A stretch of DNA of 64,000 bases from a virus (taxonomy: Duplodnaviria; Heunggongvirae; Uroviricota; Caudoviricetes), in IMG/VR virus record IMGVR_UViG_3300023174_000135; one strand, given 5' to 3'. Position numbers and translations under genes: made by a program. Of the stretch, positions 49,262 to 57,868 are shown in pieces. The first letter of the stretch is position 1. Each line of letters opens with the position of its first letter. Under the pieces are notes generated by a model, which saw only the letters and a list, made by a program, of their open reading frames with translations, was not told the DNA's origin and searched no databases.

Positions 49262-50518
49262 ATGGGAGTTTTTAATTTTTTCAAAAAACTATTATTTACC
49301 GAAGAAAATAAACCAATTTCTTCTCTTGATGAAGCTATCATCATTTCATGTTATTTCAATCCTATGAAATCACCATGGAGGCGAAAAGCCTTTGATACCT
49401 TTTTTGATGGTATCAAAGGTTTCAACTATAAAATTGTTGAATGTGTTATAGGTGACGGTGAGCCAGAATTGCCTGCAAATTTTGAAAAGGTGTATACGCA
49501 ATCTTTATTATGGCATAAAGAAACTTTGCTTAATAACATCATCAAAACTTTACCAGCAAAATATAAATATATTTTTTGGTTAGATGCTGATATAGTATTT
49601 ACTAATCCAAATTGGTTAGAAGAATCTGTTAATGTAATGAAAGCAGGCGCTAATATAATTCAACCATTTGAATTTTGTGTTCATCTTGAACAAGGAGAAT
49701 TAAAACCTTCTTTTAATGTTAATGCCTATAAAAGAGATTGTTCTAATCCAGTTTTAAGGCATAAAATGCTGTGGAGAAGTTTTTGTTCTAATCATGCATC
49801 TGGTATGAGTTCTAACATTAATTATGATGTTCATGGACATGTTGGATTAGCGTGGGGTATTAAACGAGAAGTCTATGATAAAATACCTGGTGGCTTATAT
49901 GATAAAGCGTTAATTGGTGGAGCCGATCATATAATGGCGCATGCAGCTGCAGGACATATAAATCATTCTTGTATTAAAAAATCATTCTCGGAAGATTTAG
50001 ATTCGGTTAATGATTATTCTAATAAAATGTATGCTGCTGTTGCTGGAAAAATTGGATTTACAACTGGTGATGTATATCATATATGGCATGGCGATTTAAA
50101 AGATAGACAATACTTAAAGCGTATTACAGAATTCACATCATCGGCAAAGAACATCAATAAAAGAGATGAAAATGGATTTTATATCAATGACAATTTAGAT
50201 GATATAAATTATATGAATAATTATTTTATGATTCGTGAAGTTGCTGACGAAGTTATAGATAAAATTGTAGATTCAGTAGAGTTTGGTGGTGGTCAATTTG
50301 GTGGTGGTGATGCATCAGGAAATTGGATAGATACTTCAACTGAAAACGACATACCTGGATTTATTCCAAATAATACATCTGTTTCAACTGATTATAGTGA
50401 TTTACCTGGATTTATTCCAAATGATACATCTGTTTCAACTGATTATAGTGATTTACCTGGATTTATTCCAAATAATACATCTGTTTCAACTGATTACCAA
50501 GGTAGCACTTTTTCTTAA
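49262..50518 (+). CDS. putative glycosyltransferase-like protein (DxD motif) with C-terminal 20-aa tandem repeats
   Basis: YIFWLDADIVFTNPNW (DxD after a beta-strand, as in GT-A fold enzymes); C-terminal IPGFIPNNTSVSTDYSDLPGF x3; start 2 nt after the ATPase stop. Confidence 0.4.
   Translation: MGVFNFFKKLLFTEENKPISSLDEAIIISCYFNPMKSPWRRKAFDTFFDGIKGFNYKIVECVIGDGEPELPANFEKVYTQSLLWHKETLLNNIIKTLPAKYKYIFWLDADIVFTNPNWLEESVNVMKAGANIIQPFEFCVHLEQGELKPSFNVNAYKRDCSNPVLRHKMLWRSFCSNHASGMSSNINYDVHGHVGLAWGIKREVYDKIPGGLYDKALIGGADHIMAHAAAGHINHSCIKKSFSEDLDSVNDYSNKMYAAVAGKIGFTTGDVYHIWHGDLKDRQYLKRITEFTSSAKNINKRDENGFYINDNLDDINYMNNYFMIREVADEVIDKIVDSVEFGGGQFGGGDASGNWIDTSTENDIPGFIPNNTSVSTDYSDLPGFIPNDTSVSTDYSDLPGFIPNNTSVSTDYQGSTFS
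50339..50500 (+). repeat. 60-bp tandem repeat x about 2.7
   Basis: acctggatttattccaaataatacatctgtttcaactgattatagtgattt repeated. Confidence 0.85.
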
Positions 50519-50573
50519 GAAAGTTTTAACTTTTAAATCTCAAAAATTTTTGCTATTTTTGTAAAAATTATTT

Positions 50574-50939
50574 ATGAAATCAATTTATCTTTTTCTTTTA
50601 AGTTTATTAGTTTTCACAAGTTGCAAAACTTCTAAATATGGTTGTCCTAATGTTGCAGAAATTAATCATGATTTAATCTATCGTTCTACTGGATATGTAG
50701 AAATGGTTGATACTGCTATCTTCATAAGATTATCTGATTGTGTTGTTATTAGCGATTCTAATGAGGTTTTAGAATATAATTTTTTAATGGTAAAGGGAAA
50801 ATTTGCTAACGATTTAAAACCATTTATTAATAAAACTATTCAATTTGAATTTACCAAATTTCCTGAAATTTCAGAATTTAAAGGAGATTTGGTTTATTCA
50901 AATTATGGTTGTATTGATAAAATATATCATAAATTTTAA
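50574..50939 (+). CDS. lipoprotein
   Basis: MKSIYLFLLSLLVFTSCKTS signal peptide plus lipobox; preceded by TATTTTTG at 50554-50561. Confidence 0.55.
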   Translation: MKSIYLFLLSLLVFTSCKTSKYGCPNVAEINHDLIYRSTGYVEMVDTAIFIRLSDCVVISDSNEVLEYNFLMVKGKFANDLKPFINKTIQFEFTKFPEISEFKGDLVYSNYGCIDKIYHKF

Positions 50940-50947
50940 AGATTTTT

Positions 50948-51499
50948 ATGAAGAAAAACTTTGGATATAAAATTGTAGATACTAAACCTTTACAAGAAGG
51001 TATTAGTTTTATATTAAACTTACCTAAAAAGAAATATAAGTTTGATAGAAAACATGCTTTGGCATCATTGGCTCAAACTAATACTAAATGTGTTTGTTGT
51101 GGAGTTGAGGGCACTAAATTTTGTTTAGGTGAAGATAAAGCAAAACAATTACATTGGGATTTTTATGCTAACGATGGGATTGCTTTAACAATTGATCATA
51201 TTTTACCAAAAGCAAAAGGTGGAACAAATGATTTTGAAAATCTGCAATTAATGTGTTTAGAATGTAATAATTTGAAAATGCATATACCTGAAAGAATTGT
51301 TGGGTATAAAAAACTTTTAGAATTATTAAATGGTAAATCAGAAGTTAAAGTAACACTTAAGAAAACCCCATTTATTCGTATTGATTATTGGAAAAAACTA
51401 TCTGATGAAATCTTCTTTGAGATACAAGATTTCTTTCATGAAGAAGAATTATTTGATGAGGATTGTGGATTTCAATATGTCTATTATTTTAAACATTAA
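50948..51499 (+). CDS. HNH endonuclease
   Basis: CVCCGVEG...LTIDHILPKAKGGTNDFENLQLMCLECNNLK is an HNH motif with Zn-binding Cys pairs. Confidence 0.7.
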   Translation: MKKNFGYKIVDTKPLQEGISFILNLPKKKYKFDRKHALASLAQTNTKCVCCGVEGTKFCLGEDKAKQLHWDFYANDGIALTIDHILPKAKGGTNDFENLQLMCLECNNLKMHIPERIVGYKKLLELLNGKSEVKVTLKKTPFIRIDYWKKLSDEIFFEIQDFFHEEELFDEDCGFQYVYYFKH

Positions 51500-51502
51500 A
51501 CT

Positions 51503-51787
51503 ATGAATTTATATTTAGTTGGATTTACACCTGATATGAAGATTTCATATTACCAAAAGTGGTTAGAAACTGACTCACTTTTGGAAATCAATAAGCATAT
51601 TATGAAAACTCCCTACAAAGATGATATTTGTTTCCCACTTCTTTCGTCTAATGATAAAGATAATTTATTAGAAACTGGTAAAACTATTTTATTATTTTCT
51701 GATTTATATTACTTCCTTGTAGATGTGAATAATGAAGAAAATACTGCGGTTATAAGACATATTAACATTGATAGAATTTTAAATTAA
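51503..51787 (+). CDS. hypothetical protein
   Basis: 94-aa ORF followed by a terminator. Confidence 0.45.
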   Translation: MNLYLVGFTPDMKISYYQKWLETDSLLEINKHIMKTPYKDDICFPLLSSNDKDNLLETGKTILLFSDLYYFLVDVNNEENTAVIRHINIDRILN

Positions 51788-51808
51788 TAATTAAACATAA
51801 CCAAAAAT

Positions 51809-51840
51809 AAAAACAGCAAACTTTTAGTTTGCTGTTTTTA
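51809..51840 (+). terminator. intrinsic terminator
   Basis: AAAACAGCAAAC-TTTTA-GTTTGCTGTTTTT. Confidence 0.7.
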
Positions 51841-51903
51841 TGCTTTAAAAAGTTATTTAACACATTTTTAAGTATCAAAATTTGCTCTGTAATCAAAATT
51901 TAG

Positions 51904-51911
51904 TATCTTTG
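51904..51911 (+). promoter_or_regulatory. putative -7 promoter box TATCTTTG with TTG about 19 nt upstream
   Basis: 18 nt upstream of the ATG at 51929; TTG at 51883-51885 gives Bacteroidota-like -33/-7 spacing. Confidence 0.35.
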
Positions 51912-51928
51912 TTTTGTAAGTAAAAACT

Positions 51929-52552
51929 ATGTCTAAAATCGTCAAAAAATCGCTAATCAATAACATTAATAATGATTATATTAATGCGATAAAGGATATT
52001 TATACGAGGAATTCGTTTATGACAGAATCGCAAACTGAATTAATTTGCACTCATACTATTTATGGTAAAGGTGTCGATTTTTATTTAAATTTTGTTAAAT
52101 CTGAAAGTTATGATTATAAAATTGGCGCTTGGTATTATTATAGGCAACAAAAAAATAGACGTTATAAAATAGTAATTACTTTAAATATATCAAATAATTT
52201 TTCATCAAAACATTATTCCGATATACACATAAGAATTAAGGCTTGCTTAATACATGAAATTGAACATCATCTACAAAGATTAAAAGCACCTACAAGAGAA
52301 CACTTACCCAGGAAAAACCATCCAACTCTTTTAGATTATGCTAACGCTCCTTCTGAATTAGAAGCCTGCCTAAAACACATATATTTTACTCACAAAAAAA
52401 CTGGAATATCATTTAATAAACTGATATTAGAAGAAGCAAATATACTTTCCGATGATGATGAGACTATACAAGATTTGTTTATAACAAACATAAGTAATTA
52501 TCTAATGCTCAGAAATGATCTAAATTTATTTAGAGGAATTAAGGGGTTTTAG
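51929..52552 (+). CDS. hypothetical protein
   Basis: 207-aa ORF. Confidence 0.5.
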   Translation: MSKIVKKSLINNINNDYINAIKDIYTRNSFMTESQTELICTHTIYGKGVDFYLNFVKSESYDYKIGAWYYYRQQKNRRYKIVITLNISNNFSSKHYSDIHIRIKACLIHEIEHHLQRLKAPTREHLPRKNHPTLLDYANAPSELEACLKHIYFTHKKTGISFNKLILEEANILSDDDETIQDLFITNISNYLMLRNDLNLFRGIKGF

Positions 52553-53042
52553 TTTTATTTTTAATCATTAATTGAACCGCTTGCATCATTTCTGATGAAT
52601 TTCCTTTTTTAATTACTTTTACTTTTGTTGGCATCCTAACTTCTTCGACGGTAGTTGGATATGAAGCCATAGCAACTGAACTATCATTATTCATTCTGGT
52701 AAGAGCCAATGCTTCAACATGAATTGGTTCAACATGAATTGTCTGTTCTGTTTTAACTATAAAAACGGTATCAGGTTTTATGTGTCTTAGCATTGAATCT
52801 ATCTTTAAATATCCTTCTGTTAAATCTTTTGTTTTCATAACCAAATCGGCATTTTGATTTATCAAACTTCCTTGTGAAGTTATGCATTGATTCAATTGTG
52901 TTTGAACTGGTGTTAAATCGGCATTTGTAAAATAAGATTTAATAAAAATTGCCGCTGTTATTGTTATTAATAACAAGACTAAAACCGTTAATCTTTGTTT
53001 AACGCTAAATGATTTTAAAATATCTGATACATTCTGAAACAT
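52539..53042 (-). CDS. membrane-anchored hypothetical protein
   Basis: N-terminal TM segment LTVLVLLLITITAAIFI. Confidence 0.5.
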   Translation of the reverse strand: MFQNVSDILKSFSVKQRLTVLVLLLITITAAIFIKSYFTNADLTPVQTQLNQCITSQGSLINQNADLVMKTKDLTEGYLKIDSMLRHIKPDTVFIVKTEQTIHVEPIHVEALALTRMNNDSSVAMASYPTTVEEVRMPTKVKVIKKGNSSEMMQAVQLMIKNKTKTP

Positions 53043-53172
53043 ATCCTATATATAATTTCTAAACGGAAAAAAATCGCTTAAATCATCAAACGCTTATACT
53101 ACTTGCTGTTTCACAATTCCTTAAACTTATATTTTATTTAAGAATACATAAAGTAATCAAAAAGAACACTTT

Positions 53173-53577
53173 ATGAATCAAGATAAAAACTATATAAGTG
53201 CTGATTTAGAAAATGAAATGCCCGCTTATTCAAGCAGTATTAGATTTACAGTATACGAATTTAAATTATGGGATAATCCTATCTATATATCCGTAGGAGA
53301 AAAGTTTTTAGATGGCAAAAAAGATATTACAGGATTGAATATGTGGAAAAATTTATTTGAGAGATTAAATAAAGGTGATAATTTAGACTTAGTAATTGAG
53401 GACTTTGTAGTTGACATTTTTAAGTATGAAAAAATGCCCTTTGTAAATCGGAAAGATATACTTTCATACTATGCCTCTAATAAAAGCATTTTTAATTTAA
53501 AAGTATTAGAGGATATAAAAACACTTTATAAAATTGCTTTAAGAGATAAAAATATAGATTCAATCTTAGGAGAATAA
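53173..53577 (+). CDS. hypothetical protein
   Basis: 134-aa ORF. Confidence 0.5.
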   Translation: MNQDKNYISADLENEMPAYSSSIRFTVYEFKLWDNPIYISVGEKFLDGKKDITGLNMWKNLFERLNKGDNLDLVIEDFVVDIFKYEKMPFVNRKDILSYYASNKSIFNLKVLEDIKTLYKIALRDKNIDSILGE

Positions 53578-53612
53578 AAAAAAAGAGCAACCTTTCGGTT
53601 GCTCTTTTGTAA
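53576..53612. terminator. bidirectional intrinsic terminator
   Basis: AAAAAAAAGAGCAACC-TTTC-GGTTGCTCTTTT between convergent genes. Confidence 0.7.
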
Positions 53613-53629
53613 AATTAAAGTTTGTAAAA

Positions 53630-54193
53630 TTATCTTAAAATAACAAGTCCAACACTACCACCTAGATTCCATATACTTTTGGAAAAGTTATTATCTATAT
53701 TCATTATTTGATCTGATAATGTTATTGATAATAAAACATGTTTATTAACAGTCAAACAAGGATTTATACCTATTTCTAATAAAGCATTTGGACCACCTTG
53801 CCATTTACTAACTAAAATTTTTGGCGCAGCATAAATCATATAACACACATTGCTATTTTGCCACAAACTTAAATAACCTTTAATTCCAACCCAAGTGCTT
53901 TTAAATGTAGCAATAGAAGCGGTATCACCCGAAGCAGTAATAGCATCTTGTTTTAAGAAATCAGCAACAATACCATAACTTGTTGGTTTATCTATTCCCC
54001 AAAATCCAGCTTCAGCAGACCAACCATAACAACCGCTTTGTAGCGTAGATTTGTTAAATACCGGGAAACCTATTCCAGGACCGCCATATACATAAGGCGT
54101 TCTTCCTTGTGTAAAAGAAGAATGATGTTTAGATTGTGCCGGAGCAGTAAAGCCAATAGTAAGGCTTAATAAAAGTAAGGCTACTTTTTTCAT
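53630..54193 (-). CDS. secreted or outer-membrane beta-rich protein
   Basis: Signal peptide MKKVALLLLSLTIGFTAPAQS; alternating-hydrophobicity strands; C-terminal aromatic residue. Confidence 0.5.
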   Translation of the reverse strand: MKKVALLLLSLTIGFTAPAQSKHHSSFTQGRTPYVYGGPGIGFPVFNKSTLQSGCYGWSAEAGFWGIDKPTSYGIVADFLKQDAITASGDTASIATFKSTWVGIKGYLSLWQNSNVCYMIYAAPKILVSKWQGGPNALLEIGINPCLTVNKHVLLSITLSDQIMNIDNNFSKSIWNLGGSVGLVILR

Positions 54194-54230
54194 AATTATT
54201 ATTGTTTGAAGATTAAAAAATTGATTTAAT

Positions 54231-54353
54231 TTATTTCTTTTTAAACCAGGAAACTACTTTGTTAATAACTAAGTAGCGAACTACTTCATAACAAGCAATT
54301 CCGAAAATTAATTCGGCTAAATGCCAACCGATAGAGAATGTAAATCCGTGCAT
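54231..54353 (-). CDS. unannotated 40-aa hydrophobic small ORF (MHGFTFSIGWHLAELIFGIACYEVVRYLVINKVVSWFKKK)
   Basis: Not in the ORF track; sits in the gap between two minus-strand genes; preceded by the same 15-mer as the next gene. Confidence 0.25.
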   Translation of the reverse strand: MHGFTFSIGWHLAELIFGIACYEVVRYLVINKVVSWFKKK

Positions 54354-54365
54354 ATATAAATTGAT

Positions 54366-54698
54366 TTAATTTTTTTCTTTTTTTTCTTTTATTTCTTTGT
54401 CATCTTGAAATGCCGAAGGCATTAATTCGATGTTATATTTTTTAGCAACTTTTATAATAAATGGCATCAAAATAGAAGCACCTGGTATTAAAACAAATGG
54501 TATTACCACACCAAATATTTTTAACCAATCAAATAGTTGAGTTTTTAAAATTTCTTCATCTTCATCACTTAATTCTTCGCCTGATAAATATTTTTTAATA
54601 ACACCGCCTGCTTCTTCTGTATTTTCCGCTTGTTCTTTTACGTTTTCTAAAAATAGTTTAATTTCTGTTTCAATTTTCTTTAATATTGCTATGCCCAT
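54366..54698 (-). CDS. hypothetical protein with C-terminal TM segment
   Basis: 110 aa; acidic N-terminus, FGVVIPFVLIPGASILMPFII hydrophobic segment. Confidence 0.45.
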   Translation of the reverse strand: MGIAILKKIETEIKLFLENVKEQAENTEEAGGVIKKYLSGEELSDEDEEILKTQLFDWLKIFGVVIPFVLIPGASILMPFIIKVAKKYNIELMPSAFQDDKEIKEKKEKN

Positions 54699-55371
54699 AT
54701 AAAAAGTGGTTGTCGTATAATTCTTGTTCTGTATATTGTTTGTCGTTATAAACGATTAAAAAATTAGGATATTTTGCTGTAAAATTTTTGAAATATTTTG
54801 AATCTAGCTTAGTATCATCTTCTAAAATGATTTCATGTTTACCAAACTTTTTTATTAATTTTAAACCTTCTTCTAATTGAAGAAAAACTTTTCCCATTTG
54901 AACATCTATTCCAAATTGTTTAAGTTTAACAAGTATTTCCTGCGAAGGTTTAAAAGGATTAAAAGGATTAACAGGGAAAAACTTATTTTTTAATTCGGCT
55001 ATTTCTTTTTTTGTAGAATGCCGATTTTCATACCTTTTAACTATTGTAAATCGGTCAGTTTTTTCATCATAAATACCTTTTGCCCAAGCATCTTGTGTTA
55101 TGTCTATATCTGTTTTGGCATGTAATTTATCTCCGGTTCTTTTTGCAAAAAAATTCCAATGATTAGAGTATCTTACAGTTTCATTTTCTGTGTAATTCCA
55201 ATCTTTTCGCTTGTTATAAAAACTAACCGAACAAGGCGATTTTTGAATATAATCTTCTGATAAAACATCATGCAAAACATCAATTGGAATCTGTTTCCAA
55301 TGCCCAATTTGTGTTTTCAACTCATTTTTTGTTAAAGGTTTTGTCCAATCTCTTTTTTTTCTTAGACCCAT
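54670..55371 (-). CDS. hypothetical protein
   Basis: 233-aa ORF. Confidence 0.5.
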   Translation of the reverse strand: MGLRKKRDWTKPLTKNELKTQIGHWKQIPIDVLHDVLSEDYIQKSPCSVSFYNKRKDWNYTENETVRYSNHWNFFAKRTGDKLHAKTDIDITQDAWAKGIYDEKTDRFTIVKRYENRHSTKKEIAELKNKFFPVNPFNPFKPSQEILVKLKQFGIDVQMGKVFLQLEEGLKLIKKFGKHEIILEDDTKLDSKYFKNFTAKYPNFLIVYNDKQYTEQELYDNHFLYGHSNIKEN

Positions 55372-55551
55372 AATGATATTTATAAAATAGATAATCAGCT
55401 AATTTAATTCCAAATATAGATGCTGCGATACAAACAGCTATGTATAATCCCCAAATATAATACAACATTTTTCATTTATTGTTATTTTGTTTCACAAAGA
55501 TACGATAATTTTTCATTTTCACAAAAAGAAAAAAGCTAAAACTAAGTTAAA

Positions 55552-55586
55552 AGAAAAAAAGCCACAATTTAATTGTGGCTTTTTTC
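55552..55586. terminator. intrinsic, probably bidirectional, terminator for the minus gene ending at 55608
   Basis: AAAAAAAGCCACAA-TTTAA-TTGTGGCTTTTTT. Confidence 0.7.
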
Positions 55587-55607
55587 ACAGTTTACTTTTA
55601 GTTTTAA

Positions 55608-56147
55608 TTAAGCAACTTCAACAGTAGCTTCGGTAGCAACTTCAGCAGTAGCTTTTTTTGCTCTTGGCTTACGAGGAGCTGGTTCTACGGTAAATGGAGT
55701 TTCCAACATTTCCCAAAGAGCTACACCACGTTCTGCTTCTGGTTTAGCAGCTTGTTCAGCGGTAAAGTTGTTAAGTAATTCGCTAACAACTTCCACATTA
55801 GCAGGAGATACAGCGATGTATCCACCCCATTTGGTGTCAACAACATTACCATCTGCTGTGCGGTGTTTTAAAGCGCCTTCTGCTTTACGGAAGCAAGCAA
55901 GAGGAAGTACATCTTCTTCACCATTGATACCAAAATTAACAAATTGGCGCCAGTGATTGTAAGAAACCAATGCAATCATAGTCAAAGGACCGGTGATGCG
56001 TTTTGGTTCTTTTTGTACTTTTTCTTTTGCAACACGCAACTTTGGAAGTGCTTTTGCTGAAATCTTAAAAGTAGTAACAGGAGCAGCATTTTCAACTGCG
56101 GCTGTCGGAGCGATTGTGGCATTTTCTGCCTGTGGATTTTTAGCCAT
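55608..56147 (-). CDS. Ala-rich hypothetical protein, compositional outlier (about 43% GC)
   Basis: 179-aa ORF; markedly higher GC and different codon choice than its neighbours; TAATTTTG box upstream on the minus strand at 56196-56203; its own terminator. Confidence 0.6.
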   Translation of the reverse strand: MAKNPQAENATIAPTAAVENAAPVTTFKISAKALPKLRVAKEKVQKEPKRITGPLTMIALVSYNHWRQFVNFGINGEEDVLPLACFRKAEGALKHRTADGNVVDTKWGGYIAVSPANVEVVSELLNNFTAEQAAKPEAERGVALWEMLETPFTVEPAPRKPRAKKATAEVATEATVEVA

Positions 56148-56544
56148 ACGACTTGTTTTTAAAAATGTTTAAAAGTTAATAAACTAATTGAAAAGCAAAA
56201 TTACAACTTCATTTTTATTTGGCAAACTTTTTTTAGTTAAAAGTTTGTTAATCTAATTTTGTGTTTTTACATTCAATCTTTAATTAGAGTGCAAAGATAC
56301 AATCTTTTTTGAAACTGGCAAATTTTTTGTAAAAATTTTTTTCAATTTTTTTTGCTCTTATTAAAAACTGCTATAAATACTCAAAGAACTTGTTATAATT
56401 GCTTGTTTCTCAATTACGATGTAAAATTACACAAAAAAATTAAACTGGCAAACTTTTTTTCAAAAAATTTTTAAAAAAACTTTTAATTAAAAATAATTAT
56501 AGAGATAATAATTATTTTATATATAATGAAAAATAAAAATTGAT
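56148..56544. promoter_or_regulatory. 400-bp AT-rich divergent intergenic hub with 3 copies of (A)CTGGCAAA(C/T)TTTTTT and a 9-bp inverted repeat
   Basis: Motif copies at about 56217, 56311 and 56444; CAAACTTTT...AAAAGTTTG palindrome at 56220-56245; minus-strand TATCTTTG at 56292-56299. Confidence 0.4.
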
Positions 56545-57777
56545 ATGAAATTAATTAAACTGATACAAGATAATTTTAAAAATTATAGCAATTCTATTAA
56601 TAGTTTTGCACCACAGGTTTTTACACTTACAACGGATAAGCTAAAATCAATAAAAGAATTAAAACATTGTGATGAATTTAGTAATGTGGAATTAAGAATA
56701 GTTGATAAATCGGAAATATCTGATAAAATGGAAACATACAAAATTTCTGATTTCTACAATTCTTTACCTTTTTCAGGTAAAATAGGTATATTTTATTTAT
56801 ATCAAATAAATACAGTTGATTTTAAATCATTTGATATAAGAGGATTTTTTAAAACTGAATCTATACAAAGATTTTATTATGGACATGATATAGACGGTTT
56901 AACATCTCTACAAAAAGATACTGTTGCTGAATTGATAAAAAAAATTAACACACTACATATTACACATGATTATATTGATAATAGAATAATGGATTTTAAA
57001 AAAGAAAACATAGCATTTAACGCTATATCAAATATGGAAGAAAATGTTACTTTTGATGGTAAAAATTTTGTTTTAAATAAAAAAGATGGAACAAAAGAAA
57101 ATTTTTACAGTATTGAGGAAGAAACTGCAAAAAAAGAAAATATAAAACCACCTTCATATTCTACAATTGAGGATGAAATGTTGATATTAGAAAAAACAAT
57201 CGATGAATGTGATGGATTAGATGAAGAACAAATTATATCTATTAAGGAAAAGATTAAAACATTTGAATCTAAATTAAAAGATAAAATTAAACCTAAAACG
57301 ATTACAATTTCCTCTTTAGTACACAATAAAATTAAAAATTATTGCAATACATTTGGATTAAAAATTGGTGATTGGGTCGAGGAAACTTTATTAAATGCAC
57401 TTGATTGTAGTGATAAAACTTCTACTAAAAAACAATCACAAGAAGAATGGTTAGAAGAAAGTAAAGATGAATTATTAAAAAAATGGCGAGAATATCAAAA
57501 AATTAATAAACTAATTAAAACAGAATATCTAATTCTAAAACCTAAATTTAAATTTAAAGGATTTTCAATTGTAGATCATAAACCTTTATATGATTATCTT
57601 GGAACTGATAAAGAATTAGAAAGAGATTTACAAACAATTAAATGTAAAATTTATTTAACCATTGATAAAAGAGAATTAAATAATGTAACTTATTTAGAAC
57701 AATTTGCTAATTTACCAGTTGAAGGAATTGATGTTAATTTACCAGAAGAAGAAGTTGATTTAGAAAAATTAACCTAG
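56545..57777 (+). CDS. hypothetical protein (410 aa)
   Basis: Long ORF followed by a terminator. Confidence 0.5.
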   Translation: MKLIKLIQDNFKNYSNSINSFAPQVFTLTTDKLKSIKELKHCDEFSNVELRIVDKSEISDKMETYKISDFYNSLPFSGKIGIFYLYQINTVDFKSFDIRGFFKTESIQRFYYGHDIDGLTSLQKDTVAELIKKINTLHITHDYIDNRIMDFKKENIAFNAISNMEENVTFDGKNFVLNKKDGTKENFYSIEEETAKKENIKPPSYSTIEDEMLILEKTIDECDGLDEEQIISIKEKIKTFESKLKDKIKPKTITISSLVHNKIKNYCNTFGLKIGDWVEETLLNALDCSDKTSTKKQSQEEWLEESKDELLKKWREYQKINKLIKTEYLILKPKFKFKGFSIVDHKPLYDYLGTDKELERDLQTIKCKIYLTIDKRELNNVTYLEQFANLPVEGIDVNLPEEEVDLEKLT

Positions 57778-57823
57778 GAAGGACTTAAAAAATTAATTAA
57801 TATATTATCTGGCAATCGTAAAT

Positions 57824-57852
57824 AAAAAAATCCGCTTTAAGCGGATTTTTTT
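57824..57852 (+). terminator. intrinsic terminator
   Basis: AAAAAAATCCGC-TTTAA-GCGGATTTTTTT. Confidence 0.7.
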
Positions 57853-57868
57853 ATTTTATATATATTTT

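Noticed and set aside
55322-55468. 48-aa hydrophobic minus-strand ORF (MLYYIWGLYIAVCIAASIFGIK...) overlapping the 5' end of gene 54670-55371
   Set aside because: It overlaps the annotated start of the larger gene in another frame. The upstream TATCTTTG box more plausibly serves that larger gene. Insufficient support.
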